IMG/VR virus record: IMGVR_UViG_3300009515_000007
Span: 1-39,136 of that record
Length of the DNA: 39,136 nucleotides
Strand: one strand, 5' to 3'
Source of the DNA: a virus
The translations under genes and the position numbers were made by a program. Of the stretch, positions 1 to 8,285 are shown in pieces. Each line of letters opens with the position of its first letter. Positions within the stretch are counted from its first letter, which is position 1. Below the pieces are notes generated by a model. The model searched no databases. It saw only the letters and a list, made by a program, of their open reading frames with translations, and was not told where the DNA came from.

Positions 1-79
1 TCACCGACCTCATCTGGGCTACCGACAAGGTGAATGGAGCAACCATAACTATCCAATGGAATGATGACACACGACAAGT
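1..79. repeat. Terminal direct repeat copy 1 (identical to 39058-39136); circular or terminally redundant genome, probably an assembly overlap
   Basis: The first 79 nt read identically to the last 79 nt, and an ORF is continuous in frame across the junction. Confidence 0.95.
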
Positions 80-275
80 AGTTATTTTTGCGACAGATGT
101 TACAGATGCACCAACAACAGGAAGTATCGCCTTTCAAGGACACTGGCAAGGTTGGCAAGGTGCTAGACTAGAATTAGTAACTACAGGGGCGGTAGATGCC
201 ACAGTATCTTGTGGATATTACAAAATAAGCAAGAAAGACGCAGATACCTATTCTGTGTGGGATGCTAAAAGATAA
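1..275 (+). CDS. 3' part of the wrap-around ORF that starts at 38871 (third member of a tandem paralog family, virion module)
   Basis: Open from the window start in the frame of the 38871 ATG (39087 minus 38871 is divisible by 3). TAA at 273-275. Nt 1-79 duplicate 39058-39136. Confidence 0.6.
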   Translation, partial: TDLIWATDKVNGATITIQWNDDTRQVVIFATDVTDAPTTGSIAFQGHWQGWQGARLELVTTGAVDATVSCGYYKISKKDADTYSVWDAKR

Positions 276-296
276 AATAAGTTATAGACATTATCC

Positions 297-644
297 ATGA
301 GTAAGCTAGCGAAACTAAACAGAATACTCAAAGGGGAAAATACATTACCGGCAGAGACCCCAGAGGAGAAGAAGAAGTTAGCCGAAAAGTTGCTACTTCT
401 TAACAAAGAGCCAGTTTTGGCCGTTTTTGACGAACTTCAGGAAATAAAACATTTATTAAGGGTTATTAGCACAAAGGATGAGAATATCGAACTACAAATG
501 CCTGAACCGCCAGAGCCACAACCTTTCCCGGAAATACCCGAAACTGATTTAAGCGAGACTAATCAACTCTTAAAAGAAGTCCTATCCGAGCTTAAAAAGC
601 CAAAGAAAGAGGAGAATATAGAAGTCAATCTTGATCTAACATGA
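297..644 (+). CDS. Hypothetical virion-module protein, acidic and Pro-rich
   Basis: 115-aa ORF. Its stop overlaps the next start (ATGA). The C-terminal LLKEVLSELKKPKKEENIEV resembles ELKKEKKEIDYS in ORF 37055-37726. Confidence 0.5.
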   Translation: MSKLAKLNRILKGENTLPAETPEEKKKLAEKLLLLNKEPVLAVFDELQEIKHLLRVISTKDENIELQMPEPPEPQPFPEIPETDLSETNQLLKEVLSELKKPKKEENIEVNLDLT

Positions 645-1141
645 AAATAGATTTGAAAATTGACAAAGACGAGTTTAGAAAGAAACTCGACATTAAGGAC
701 GGGGAAGACGGGAAGACACCCGTTAAGGGAGTAGATTACAACGATGGTAATGACGGATCACCTGATACACCCGAACAAATAAGAGACAAGCTGGAAACCT
801 TAGAAGGCAAAGAAAGATTACACGCAGACTACATTGACGGCTTAGAGGAGAGATTAAAGAAAATGGAGGGTCGGATACAGGGAGCAAGTAGTAGAAGATT
901 GTTTGGCAACAGAATCCCACAATTTATTAGCGAAGCACCAACAGGAACAGTAGACGGGGTTAATGACACATTCGCCCTTTCTACCACACCTAAACCTAAC
1001 TCACTTCTTCTTATGTGGAATGGACAAAACCAAAGACCAACAGCTACAACAGAATATGTACTTTCAGGCAAGACTATCACCTTTAATGCAGACAGTATTC
1101 CAGTTGCCGGATCATTATGGGCTTATTACACCAAGTTCTAA
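641..1141 (+). CDS. Collagen-like fibre or appendage protein
   Basis: G-x-x stretch KDGEDGKTPVKGVDYNDGNDGSPD followed by PEQIRDKLETLEGKERLHADYIDGL, a pattern I associate with phage fibre proteins. Translationally coupled on both sides. Confidence 0.5.
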   Translation: MKIDLKIDKDEFRKKLDIKDGEDGKTPVKGVDYNDGNDGSPDTPEQIRDKLETLEGKERLHADYIDGLEERLKKMEGRIQGASSRRLFGNRIPQFISEAPTGTVDGVNDTFALSTTPKPNSLLLMWNGQNQRPTATTEYVLSGKTITFNADSIPVAGSLWAYYTKF

Positions 1142-3975
1142 TGAAAACACTAATTTACATCATTTTAATCTTCATAGCACTAGGGTTGATATTTACCTTG
1201 ACTGTCAATGCCTATCAAGCTATCTACCCACAACAAGGTGGTACTGGAACATCTACCCCACCCACAAATGGTCAGTTCCTTATAGGGAACTCGTCAGGTG
1301 TTTATGATGTTAGGGACTTTTCAACTTGGGTGGCTTCTTCAACTCTCTCAACATCTAACGATTGGACATTCGACACTACCTACTCCGAACTAACCATCAC
1401 CCCATCTACAACAATACCTGTGTGGGTTAAAGATAGCCTTTACGCCTCATCTACTGTTTTTGTTGACGATCTTTTATACTTTTTAAATGATGGTGAGATT
1501 CACTCAGACGGAACAAATCTCATTATAAGAGGACTTACTACTAATGGAGATATGGAGTTCTTTGTTAATGATGGTGGAGTAGATACAGAAGTTTTTAGAA
1601 TTGATGGAACAACTAGCTACTTGGGAATAGGAGATAGTTCACCTTCAACTAAATTGGAAGTAAACAATAACACTAATGTTTCCGTTCTTACTGTTAAAAA
1701 TACAAGAGATAATGCCGCTAACTTGGTAGCTTCTTTTGTTGGAAGTGAGAGAGGTGGTTCTGCTACTGATAATGACAGAGGAAGAATAAACTTAGTTTTA
1801 GATAATGTTGCAGGTTCACCATTGAATTATGCAAGAATACAATGGGTTGCTAATGATGTTACTGCTGGTACTGAAGATGGTGGGTTTGGAATATTTGCTT
1901 ATAGAGATGGCACTTTAGCTGATACAATGCGATTTTCTTATGAATCTGATGGTGATTATGATGAACAACACAACATAGACCAATATCCAGGCTTAGTTAG
2001 GGTACATGGTGATAATAATTTAGATGTTTTAACAGTTGATGCTACTAATGAGGCAACTTTAATTGGAGGTACAAATCCTGGTAATGCCAACATATCAATC
2101 GCCAGAACAGGAGCTTCTGTTTTTAATGAACAAGGGAATAGTGTGGATTTACGAATAGAAGGTGATACTGATGATTACCTATTTCTAACAGATGGAGATA
2201 TAGACAAGGTTGGTATTAGTACATCAACACCATACGCCAAACTTTCGGTAGATGGACTGATAGCGGGGGATTACTTTATAGGTCACACTATCGCCACTTC
2301 TACCGCCATGAATGGGTGGGATATTTCAGGAGGATGTTTCGCTATAAATGGGGTTTGTATTTCTCTTTCAAGTTTAGGTGGTTCACCTTTCGCTTGGACA
2401 CCAGATACTACTTATAACGAGAATACTAACTCCACATCAACGCCTATCTGGTTGAAGGATACCTTGTATGCTAGTTCTACGTTGTTTGTTGATGACACTG
2501 CAGTATTTGTTGGGAATGTGGGAATAGGAACAACCTCCCCTTATGCCAAACTTTCTGTGGTGGGAGAAACAGTGGCTAAATACTTTACTGCTACTAGTAC
2601 TAATGCTACCTCAACTTTAGCAGGAGGGTTGGTCGTTGATACTAAAACCTTAATAGTAGACTACAGTACCAATAGAGTAGGTATCGGAACAACCTCACCA
2701 GCTCGTAACCTTCACATTTTTGATACTAATCCAGCCGGTGCTCGTCTCAGATTGAGCAGTTCAGGTACCGCTGACTCTCTAGGTCTAGAATTCACGGGAG
2801 TAGATGGCGATCCTAGTGTATTTGGTGGTGGTATCTTTAAGAGAATGAATACCACCAATGATATTAGTATTTGGACTAAGAATAAGGAGGCGATGACTAT
2901 CTTTGGTGCCAATGATAATGTAGGTATTGGTACCACTTCTCCTTACGCCAAATTAAGTGTTGTTGGAGAAACAGTAGCTTCGCACTTTACTGCTACTAGT
3001 ACTACAGCTACTTCTACCTTTGCCGGAGGACTAACTATTGATGGTACAGATTTGGTGGTTGACCCTGATGCGGGGAGAGTTGGTATAGGAATTGCTTCTC
3101 CTTACTCTAGTTTAGATATTGATACTGGTTCCAACACTACTGGTCTGCGGTTGAGGGGTTTGGCAGAGACTACGGAAATCGTTGACATGTATATAGCTCC
3201 TGCTGGTTTCTTGACTATAGATTTTGCTAACAGTGGAGGTACTTTTCCTTTCCTTGATTTAAGAACCAAGGATACCCAATGGGGCTTTGTAATTAGAGAT
3301 AGTTCTGGTGGTTCAACAAACTACGCCAATTTCTTTATGAAGGATGACACTGTGGATTATCTTAATATTGTCATCAACGCTGATACTGCTACACCTGGTT
3401 TGGTGATAAACGATAATGACTTTGTAGGTATCGGAACTTTCTCTCCGTCTGCTGGTTTAGATATTCAAACCGCATCTACTTCTATTTCAGCTAATACCCA
3501 CATAACAACAATGGGGAACCAGTCTAAGTTTAATGCTGATCCAGCCGGTGTTACAACTTCTTATACTTCAACTACCACAGAGATAACAATTTCATCTTCT
3601 GCTCCTCAAACTACCAAGACACTTTATTTCTCTCCTAGACACCCAAGCGTAGAACATGGTCATCCAGTGACGATTAGATCGTGTTCGTTTACTTATTCTT
3701 TATCATATTCTGGTACAGGTGTTACGGGTTCCATTGACGCTAATAGATGGTTCTATATCTCCGCAGAAAATGTAAGGACGGACATAGATAACGACACTAC
3801 TGACATAACCACTGAAGGCAGTCACCTTACACATTCGGCTTCTGGCTTTCCTCACACCTTTAATGAGGGAGAGAAATTAGGCTTACAGTGGGAGGTTAAA
3901 ATGACAACACCTGGAACGCATGGAACGGCTAGAATTGATATGGAGCATATAGATTGTGAGTACGACACGGATTAG
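1141..3975 (+). CDS. Tail fibre protein with an N-terminal hydrophobic helix and repeated GIG-xx-SP-xxx-L modules
   Basis: Largest ORF. The ATG overlaps the previous stop (TAATG). Contains the GGTGTSTPPTNGQFLIGN fibre-type motif and at least 7 copies of a (V/L)GIGxxSPxxxL motif. TAG at 3973-3975. Confidence 0.7.
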   Translation: MKTLIYIILIFIALGLIFTLTVNAYQAIYPQQGGTGTSTPPTNGQFLIGNSSGVYDVRDFSTWVASSTLSTSNDWTFDTTYSELTITPSTTIPVWVKDSLYASSTVFVDDLLYFLNDGEIHSDGTNLIIRGLTTNGDMEFFVNDGGVDTEVFRIDGTTSYLGIGDSSPSTKLEVNNNTNVSVLTVKNTRDNAANLVASFVGSERGGSATDNDRGRINLVLDNVAGSPLNYARIQWVANDVTAGTEDGGFGIFAYRDGTLADTMRFSYESDGDYDEQHNIDQYPGLVRVHGDNNLDVLTVDATNEATLIGGTNPGNANISIARTGASVFNEQGNSVDLRIEGDTDDYLFLTDGDIDKVGISTSTPYAKLSVDGLIAGDYFIGHTIATSTAMNGWDISGGCFAINGVCISLSSLGGSPFAWTPDTTYNENTNSTSTPIWLKDTLYASSTLFVDDTAVFVGNVGIGTTSPYAKLSVVGETVAKYFTATSTNATSTLAGGLVVDTKTLIVDYSTNRVGIGTTSPARNLHIFDTNPAGARLRLSSSGTADSLGLEFTGVDGDPSVFGGGIFKRMNTTNDISIWTKNKEAMTIFGANDNVGIGTTSPYAKLSVVGETVASHFTATSTTATSTFAGGLTIDGTDLVVDPDAGRVGIGIASPYSSLDIDTGSNTTGLRLRGLAETTEIVDMYIAPAGFLTIDFANSGGTFPFLDLRTKDTQWGFVIRDSSGGSTNYANFFMKDDTVDYLNIVINADTATPGLVINDNDFVGIGTFSPSAGLDIQTASTSISANTHITTMGNQSKFNADPAGVTTSYTSTTTEITISSSAPQTTKTLYFSPRHPSVEHGHPVTIRSCSFTYSLSYSGTGVTGSIDANRWFYISAENVRTDIDNDTTDITTEGSHLTHSASGFPHTFNEGEKLGLQWEVKMTTPGTHGTARIDMEHIDCEYDTD

Positions 3976-3995
3976 AACTTTGACAATTAGAGAGT

Positions 3996-4137
3996 AGAGT
4001 GGGGCGCGCGGGGCACAATGTGATAAGCACACTAGGAATAACGGGGAGTCTCCCAAGGCGACCTTAGGGATTACCGAAATGTGGCTGTCAGCGAGTGTTA
4101 AAAATGGAGCTTGACTCCTAGCCGTTCGTCCCACTCT
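3996..4137 (+). other. GC-rich structured intergenic element closed by an 8-bp helix (AGAGTGGG / CCCACTCT)
   Basis: 3996-4003 pairs with 4130-4137. The interior is much more G+C-rich than its flanks and has several local hairpins. No ORF. Confidence 0.3.
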
Positions 4138-4168
4138 GTTCTTTAATTAACAAACTAAAATTAAAAAT

Positions 4169-4411
4169 ATGTATAAAGCAAAAATAGAAGTAGACGAAGT
4201 AGCCCTAGATTGTTATGTCCGTCATCAAGGTTGGACACCTTTAATGGAGAAGGAAGATGGCATAACACAGGAAGATTATTTTAACACCAGCCTCCAAGAA
4301 AGGGTTGATGATGTGGTCGAAAATCAAAGGCGACAAGACGTTGAGGAGAATATAAAAATAACCCTTGAAGAGAACAGACCTGAGAAAACAAAAGTGTTAA
4401 AAGAGAAATAA
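4169..4411 (+). CDS. Hypothetical protein
   Basis: 80-aa ORF, acidic, followed 1 nt later by the next ORF. Confidence 0.5.
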   Translation: MYKAKIEVDEVALDCYVRHQGWTPLMEKEDGITQEDYFNTSLQERVDDVVENQRRQDVEENIKITLEENRPEKTKVLKEK

Positions 4412-4412
4412 A

Positions 4413-4667
4413 ATGACAAACGGAACAACAAATGGAAAAGACGTAGTAGGTCGCATTATACAAGGCGGGGCAGTTGGTATTGCTCTAGTTTCTGTGATTT
4501 TGAATTACAAATTGATTTCAAATCACATGACCCACAGCTTAGAGGCACAAGTAAGTGTTCAAGCGGCGGTTCAGGCTAACACTAAAGCCCTTGATCAGCT
4601 CTCTAGTGCAGTTAATGGGCTAGAAAGTTTTATCCAAATAAGCAACAAAGCAAATGGTGGAAATTAA
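4413..4667 (+). CDS. Small single-pass membrane protein (holin, antiholin or spanin-like candidate)
   Basis: Hydrophobic helix GGAVGIALVSVILNYKLI. Sits at the head of the lysis cassette and overlaps the next ORF. Confidence 0.45.
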   Translation: MTNGTTNGKDVVGRIIQGGAVGIALVSVILNYKLISNHMTHSLEAQVSVQAAVQANTKALDQLSSAVNGLESFIQISNKANGGN

Positions 4668-5523
4668 AGAAGGGTTAAAGCCATTACCAGAAGATAACAG
4701 AGACCTAAGACTAGGCTCGGTCTTTGGTCAGGGTGATCCTAAAAAATTACCCGTCTATTCTTTCAAGGTCTGTAATCCTCTAGTAATAAAAGACCAAAGG
4801 AATAGTGATTTCTGCTCCGCTTATGGTCTAACTGCCGTGTCTGAAGACCAAGAAGGGATAGAGTTAAGCCCTTTTTATCAGTTCGCCAAAACCTGTCAGA
4901 TAATGGGGGAGTGGGATACTTGGGGAGCTGATCTTAGAAGTGCCTGTAAGAGTTCAATAAAATATGGCTCTCTAAGCGATGAAATGCCAACAAACATAGC
5001 AAAAGACCCGTTTAATAAGTCATTGTCCGCAGACTGGACTAACTGGCCCTCTAGGTTCGATTACTACGCTAAAAAGCATAGAAAAAGGAGCTATTTCCGG
5101 GTGGATGGGGGATATTACGACACTTTTGACAATGTTCGTCTAGCCTTATGGGAAGGCCGGTCTAAAAAGCAAAGTGTCCTGACCGGTTGTAAGTGGAGGC
5201 CAGAATGGTTATCAGCTCCCGGCGGGATCATCCCTAAAGAATACAGCGATAGGGGATTCGGCCACGCTTTTAAGATATTCGGTCAAAAACCTATCGGCAA
5301 CACAATGTATTTAATGTGTCAACTATCAAGCGGAGATAGAGTAGGAGACAAAGGCATTTTCTATATGCCTCGTGAGGTAGCGAACAGGGAACTGACCTAT
5401 GGTTGTTTCCAGTTTAGAGACCTCGATCCAAAGGTCGCAAAGAAAATACAATCCAGTACAGGAACCTTGAAAGACTATCCGGGGACTAGATTTCTTTTAT
5501 GGCTATGGGGGTTATTCCGATGA
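4654..5523 (+). CDS. Papain-like (C1 family-like) cysteine peptidase
   Basis: DQRNSDFCSAYGL has the Gln-x5-Cys spacing of papain Q19/C25. GFGHAFKIFG gives the catalytic-His context, and SSGDRVGDKGIFYM resembles the NSWG...G.f tail. Confidence 0.6.
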   Translation: MVEIKEGLKPLPEDNRDLRLGSVFGQGDPKKLPVYSFKVCNPLVIKDQRNSDFCSAYGLTAVSEDQEGIELSPFYQFAKTCQIMGEWDTWGADLRSACKSSIKYGSLSDEMPTNIAKDPFNKSLSADWTNWPSRFDYYAKKHRKRSYFRVDGGYYDTFDNVRLALWEGRSKKQSVLTGCKWRPEWLSAPGGIIPKEYSDRGFGHAFKIFGQKPIGNTMYLMCQLSSGDRVGDKGIFYMPREVANRELTYGCFQFRDLDPKVAKKIQSSTGTLKDYPGTRFLLWLWGLFR

Positions 5524-5593
5524 AGTCGACTAATAATAATTATGCGACATTACATAACTTAAATTATGGTGACCTTTATCACCAACAAATAGC

Positions 5594-6319
5594 ATGACAA
5601 AACTACTCCACCCTATTCAAGACTTCAAATGGAAAAAGAACATTAGTCAGATGTTCGGGCAGAACTCCGCTATCTATATGAAGAACTTTGGTATCCCCAA
5701 CCACAACGGATTAGATTATGTAGTGCAGGATTCAAAGAAAGGATATGGCACACCGATTTTGGCCGCCCATGATGGTGTAGTGGAGAAGATCGCCTATGAT
5801 GTCCCCCACCGGACAAGAGGGAACGGAATATACATATTGTCAAGTGATGGCACATTCTCTACTTGTTACTGGCACTTGTCGTCTTTCCTAGTAAATCTGG
5901 GAGATAAAGTCCAAGCTGGACAGACTATTGGAGCTATGGGTAATTCCGGCTGGGTACTCCCCCGCCCTACTAAACACAATATCCATGCCGGTACTCATTT
6001 ACATTTTGGCGTAAGAGAACACGGAACACAGAACAGGTACGGAGGTTTCGTTGATCCTACACCCTACCTCTATGAAATAGGAGATGAGCTTCCCCTATTC
6101 TTTTTCCGTGATTTATTTGTCGGGAAAAGCGGGAATGACGTTAGTTGGTTACAGACACTTTTACACTTAGAAGGACTGGCCGGAGATTATTCCAAATATG
6201 ACTTCTTCGGCCCCAAAACGCTTCGTGACTGCATTAAATTACAGAAGAAGCATGGCCTATCCCCTACTCACGGATTTGTCGGGCCAAAAACACGTTCTTT
6301 ATTAAATGGTCGGTATTAG
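5594..6319 (+). CDS. Endolysin: M23 metallopeptidase plus a C-terminal peptidoglycan-binding domain (PG_binding_1-like)
   Basis: HNGLDY (HxxxD) and HLHFGV (HxH) motifs. C-terminal GNDVSWLQTLL...FGPKTLRDCIKLQKKHGL...GFVGPKTRSLL. Confidence 0.85.
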   Translation: MTKLLHPIQDFKWKKNISQMFGQNSAIYMKNFGIPNHNGLDYVVQDSKKGYGTPILAAHDGVVEKIAYDVPHRTRGNGIYILSSDGTFSTCYWHLSSFLVNLGDKVQAGQTIGAMGNSGWVLPRPTKHNIHAGTHLHFGVREHGTQNRYGGFVDPTPYLYEIGDELPLFFFRDLFVGKSGNDVSWLQTLLHLEGLAGDYSKYDFFGPKTLRDCIKLQKKHGLSPTHGFVGPKTRSLLNGRY

Positions 6320-6336
6320 AAGTTAAGTTAATTATT

Positions 6337-6534
6337 ATGAGTCAAGAATACATAGGTGCTGTCGTCCTGATCTTAGTAGGTATCGCCCAGGCTTTCGGTA
6401 TCGTAGTCGAGCAAGAAGCCATTATGGGTATCGTGACTGGTGTAGTTGCCTTATGGGTAGCGATCAGACGATACAAGAAGGGCGACATTTCAGTTGGTGG
6501 AGTTAGAAAACCCGCCACTCTTAACAATAACTAA
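6337..6534 (+). CDS. Holin candidate (two TM helices, basic C-terminus)
   Basis: 65 aa. Helices IGAVVLILVGIAQAFGIVV and IMGIVTGVVALWVAI are followed by RRYKKGD. Lies between lysis enzymes. Confidence 0.6.
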   Translation: MSQEYIGAVVLILVGIAQAFGIVVEQEAIMGIVTGVVALWVAIRRYKKGDISVGGVRKPATLNNN

Positions 6535-6542
6535 TAAATATC

Positions 6543-6722
6543 ATGGAAGAAAAATTGCCAAGTGTAGAAGAATTAGAGACAGGTAATATAGAAGCCGAAA
6601 CTCAAATGGAAGTTGACGCTGATGCTAAAGATTCTGAAAAAGCTGATGTTTCCTTAAATGAGGAGGAAGAAGTAGACGACCACGAGCCGGAAGAAGACGA
6701 GGAAGACGAGGAGGAGGAGTAA
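6543..6722 (+). CDS. Hyper-acidic 59-aa protein
   Basis: Hand translation MEEKLPSVEELETGNIEAETQMEVDADAKDSEKADVSLNEEEEVDDHEPEEDEEDEEEE. 30 of 59 residues are D/E. Fills an otherwise empty gap and falls below the ORF-track cutoff. Confidence 0.45.
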   Translation: MEEKLPSVEELETGNIEAETQMEVDADAKDSEKADVSLNEEEEVDDHEPEEDEEDEEEE

Positions 6723-6729
6723 TCCTTGT

Positions 6730-7398
6730 ATGTTAAATATCCTTTCATCAATAGCAGTAGTAATAGGCGGGATACTCTCCCCTGCCCCGGAAGTTTATGT
6801 AAGGGCGGAAGAACCTCCCGTCTATTATTCCTTCCCTAATGGTGCAGAAGAATCAATAGCAGACATGATTAAGAGGGAAGCGGAATCAGTAGGTGTCTCC
6901 CCTACTCTGGCTGTTGCCATAGCAAGGGCGGAAAGCGACTTAATACCGACAGCGAAGAATAAAAACTCATCCGCAAAGGGTCTTTTCCAAATAATGAATG
7001 CGACTTGGGAAGGATGCGAGGGTGATCCCTTAAATCCGAGGGACAATACCTTGTGTGCTATGAAATATCTCGTTAGAGGCGAGTTTTGGCGGTGGAAAGA
7101 GAGCTATAATGCGTGGTCTAAGGAATATCTACCAGTCCCCTGTTCTTGTATAAAATCGGCCAGACATTTTGGTGTACCACTCCCCCACCTTGATGCCAAG
7201 GATATAAAACCAAACAGCCTACCTGTCGTTGGGGGTTTAGCCCTTTTCAACTATTCTGGCATGGCTCATGTAGCTGTTATTACTTCCTTAGAAGCTGAAG
7301 GTTTTCGGGTTAGAGAAGGGAATAAAGATTTTTGCGAGTTTGGCCAGCGATTTGTTAGATGGGATGGCGAAAACTTGAAAGGTTTTGCTAAGTTTTAA
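6730..7398 (+). CDS. Secreted or anchored lytic transglycosylase (SLT) plus a CHAP/NlpC-like cysteine peptidase
   Basis: N-terminal hydrophobic segment. AIARAESDL...AKGLFQIMNATW (the SLT Glu-Ser and GLxQ motifs). C-terminal Cys...GMAHVAVITS...REGN has a CHAP-like layout. Confidence 0.8.
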   Translation: MLNILSSIAVVIGGILSPAPEVYVRAEEPPVYYSFPNGAEESIADMIKREAESVGVSPTLAVAIARAESDLIPTAKNKNSSAKGLFQIMNATWEGCEGDPLNPRDNTLCAMKYLVRGEFWRWKESYNAWSKEYLPVPCSCIKSARHFGVPLPHLDAKDIKPNSLPVVGGLALFNYSGMAHVAVITSLEAEGFRVREGNKDFCEFGQRFVRWDGENLKGFAKF

Positions 7399-7967
7399 TT
7401 TTGGGAATGGATCAATAAACAATTAGGGAGAATACGAGAGTGTGAAGATTGTGGATCGAATACTAAAAAAAGATACGAATGGGCAAACATAAGCGGAAAA
7501 TACAAAAGAGATATAACAGACTGGGTAAGGCTCTGTGTATCTTGCCACATGAAAAGAGACGGGAGGAAGCCTCTAAAATCTCCGATGTTGGGCAAAAAAC
7601 ACTCAAAAGCAACAAAAGAAAAAATGAGGCAAGCACGTTTAAAATATCTCCAACAAAATGTGAGCATTGCAAAGAACCCGGCCCTAACCCATGTAAGGAC
7701 TGCGGGGATATAATTTACTGGCAACAACAGAAAAGAACACTAGAATTAAAAGAAGAAGAATCGCCACGAATAGGATTTTTACATAGATGGACTGTCTCAT
7801 GTCAGCACTGTGGGGAGAAAACCAAAACTCGATGCTCTAATATTCCCGCCACCTGCCATGATTGTAGAATGAAGCAAATAAAGGATTACTATTATAAGAA
7901 CAGGGAGAGGCTTCTAAGTTATCAACAGGGATACAAGGCAAAGAGAAAAGAGCTTGCTAAAATATAA
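7399..7967 (+). pseudogene. Decayed HNH homing endonuclease (HNH + NUMOD3-like + C-terminal zinc-finger region) with no start codon, split over two frames
   Basis: Frame 1 (7399-7713) reads WEWINKQLGRIRECEDCGSNTKKRYEWANISGKYKRDITDWVRLCVSCHMKRDG...GKKHSKATKEKMRQARLKY and has no ATG/GTG/TTG before the HNH core. The Cys-rich C-terminal part (KCEHCKEPGPNPCKDCG...YYYKNRERLL) continues in another frame to 7967. Confidence 0.55.
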
Positions 7968-7968
7968 C

Positions 7969-8013
7969 TGGAACAGGTCAGGGGGGTGCGTACGGCCCCC
8001 CGGACTGGTTCCA
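7969..8013 (+). other. Long GC-rich stem-loop directly after the HNH remnant
   Basis: TGGAAC.GGTC.GGGGGG pairs with CCCCCC.GACT.GTTCCA, about 16 bp with two mismatches. Confidence 0.5.
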
Positions 8014-8058
8014 CAGTCGGCATTATTATAAATGCCATTAAGTTGCTAAGTCACAGAG

Positions 8059-8089
8059 GCCCGCCTCACTCCTTCCAGGGCGGGTTTTT
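8059..8089 (+). terminator. Intrinsic terminator
   Basis: GCCCGCC, a 13-nt loop, GGCGGG, then TTTTT. Confidence 0.7.
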
Positions 8090-8143
8090 GTGTTATCATA
8101 TATCCCGCTAGGATACTGCCCCTTGTCGAGAGGGGCAAATTAG

Positions 8144-8183
8144 AAAAGCCCCTAAGCTCATTTTAAAGAGTCGGGGCTTTTCT
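8144..8183 (+). terminator. Intrinsic terminator
   Basis: AAAAGCCCC, a 20-nt loop, GGGGCTTTT, then a T-rich tail. Confidence 0.6.
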
Positions 8184-8285
8184 GTGATACTCTCGCTGTT
8201 TGGGTTCAGGGCTTTCGCCCTCTATATAGTATAACTCAAAAATTGACATTTTGTTACTTTGTTTTATGAAGTGGGGATAACTGTA

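Noticed and set aside
7396-7398. Stop-codon reassignment (in-frame TAA between SLT-CHAP and HNH; split MT-A70)
   Set aside because: Long, well-supported genes terminate normally with TAA, TAG and TGA throughout (for example 273, 3973 and 21944). The MT-A70 break is a frame change, not a stop.
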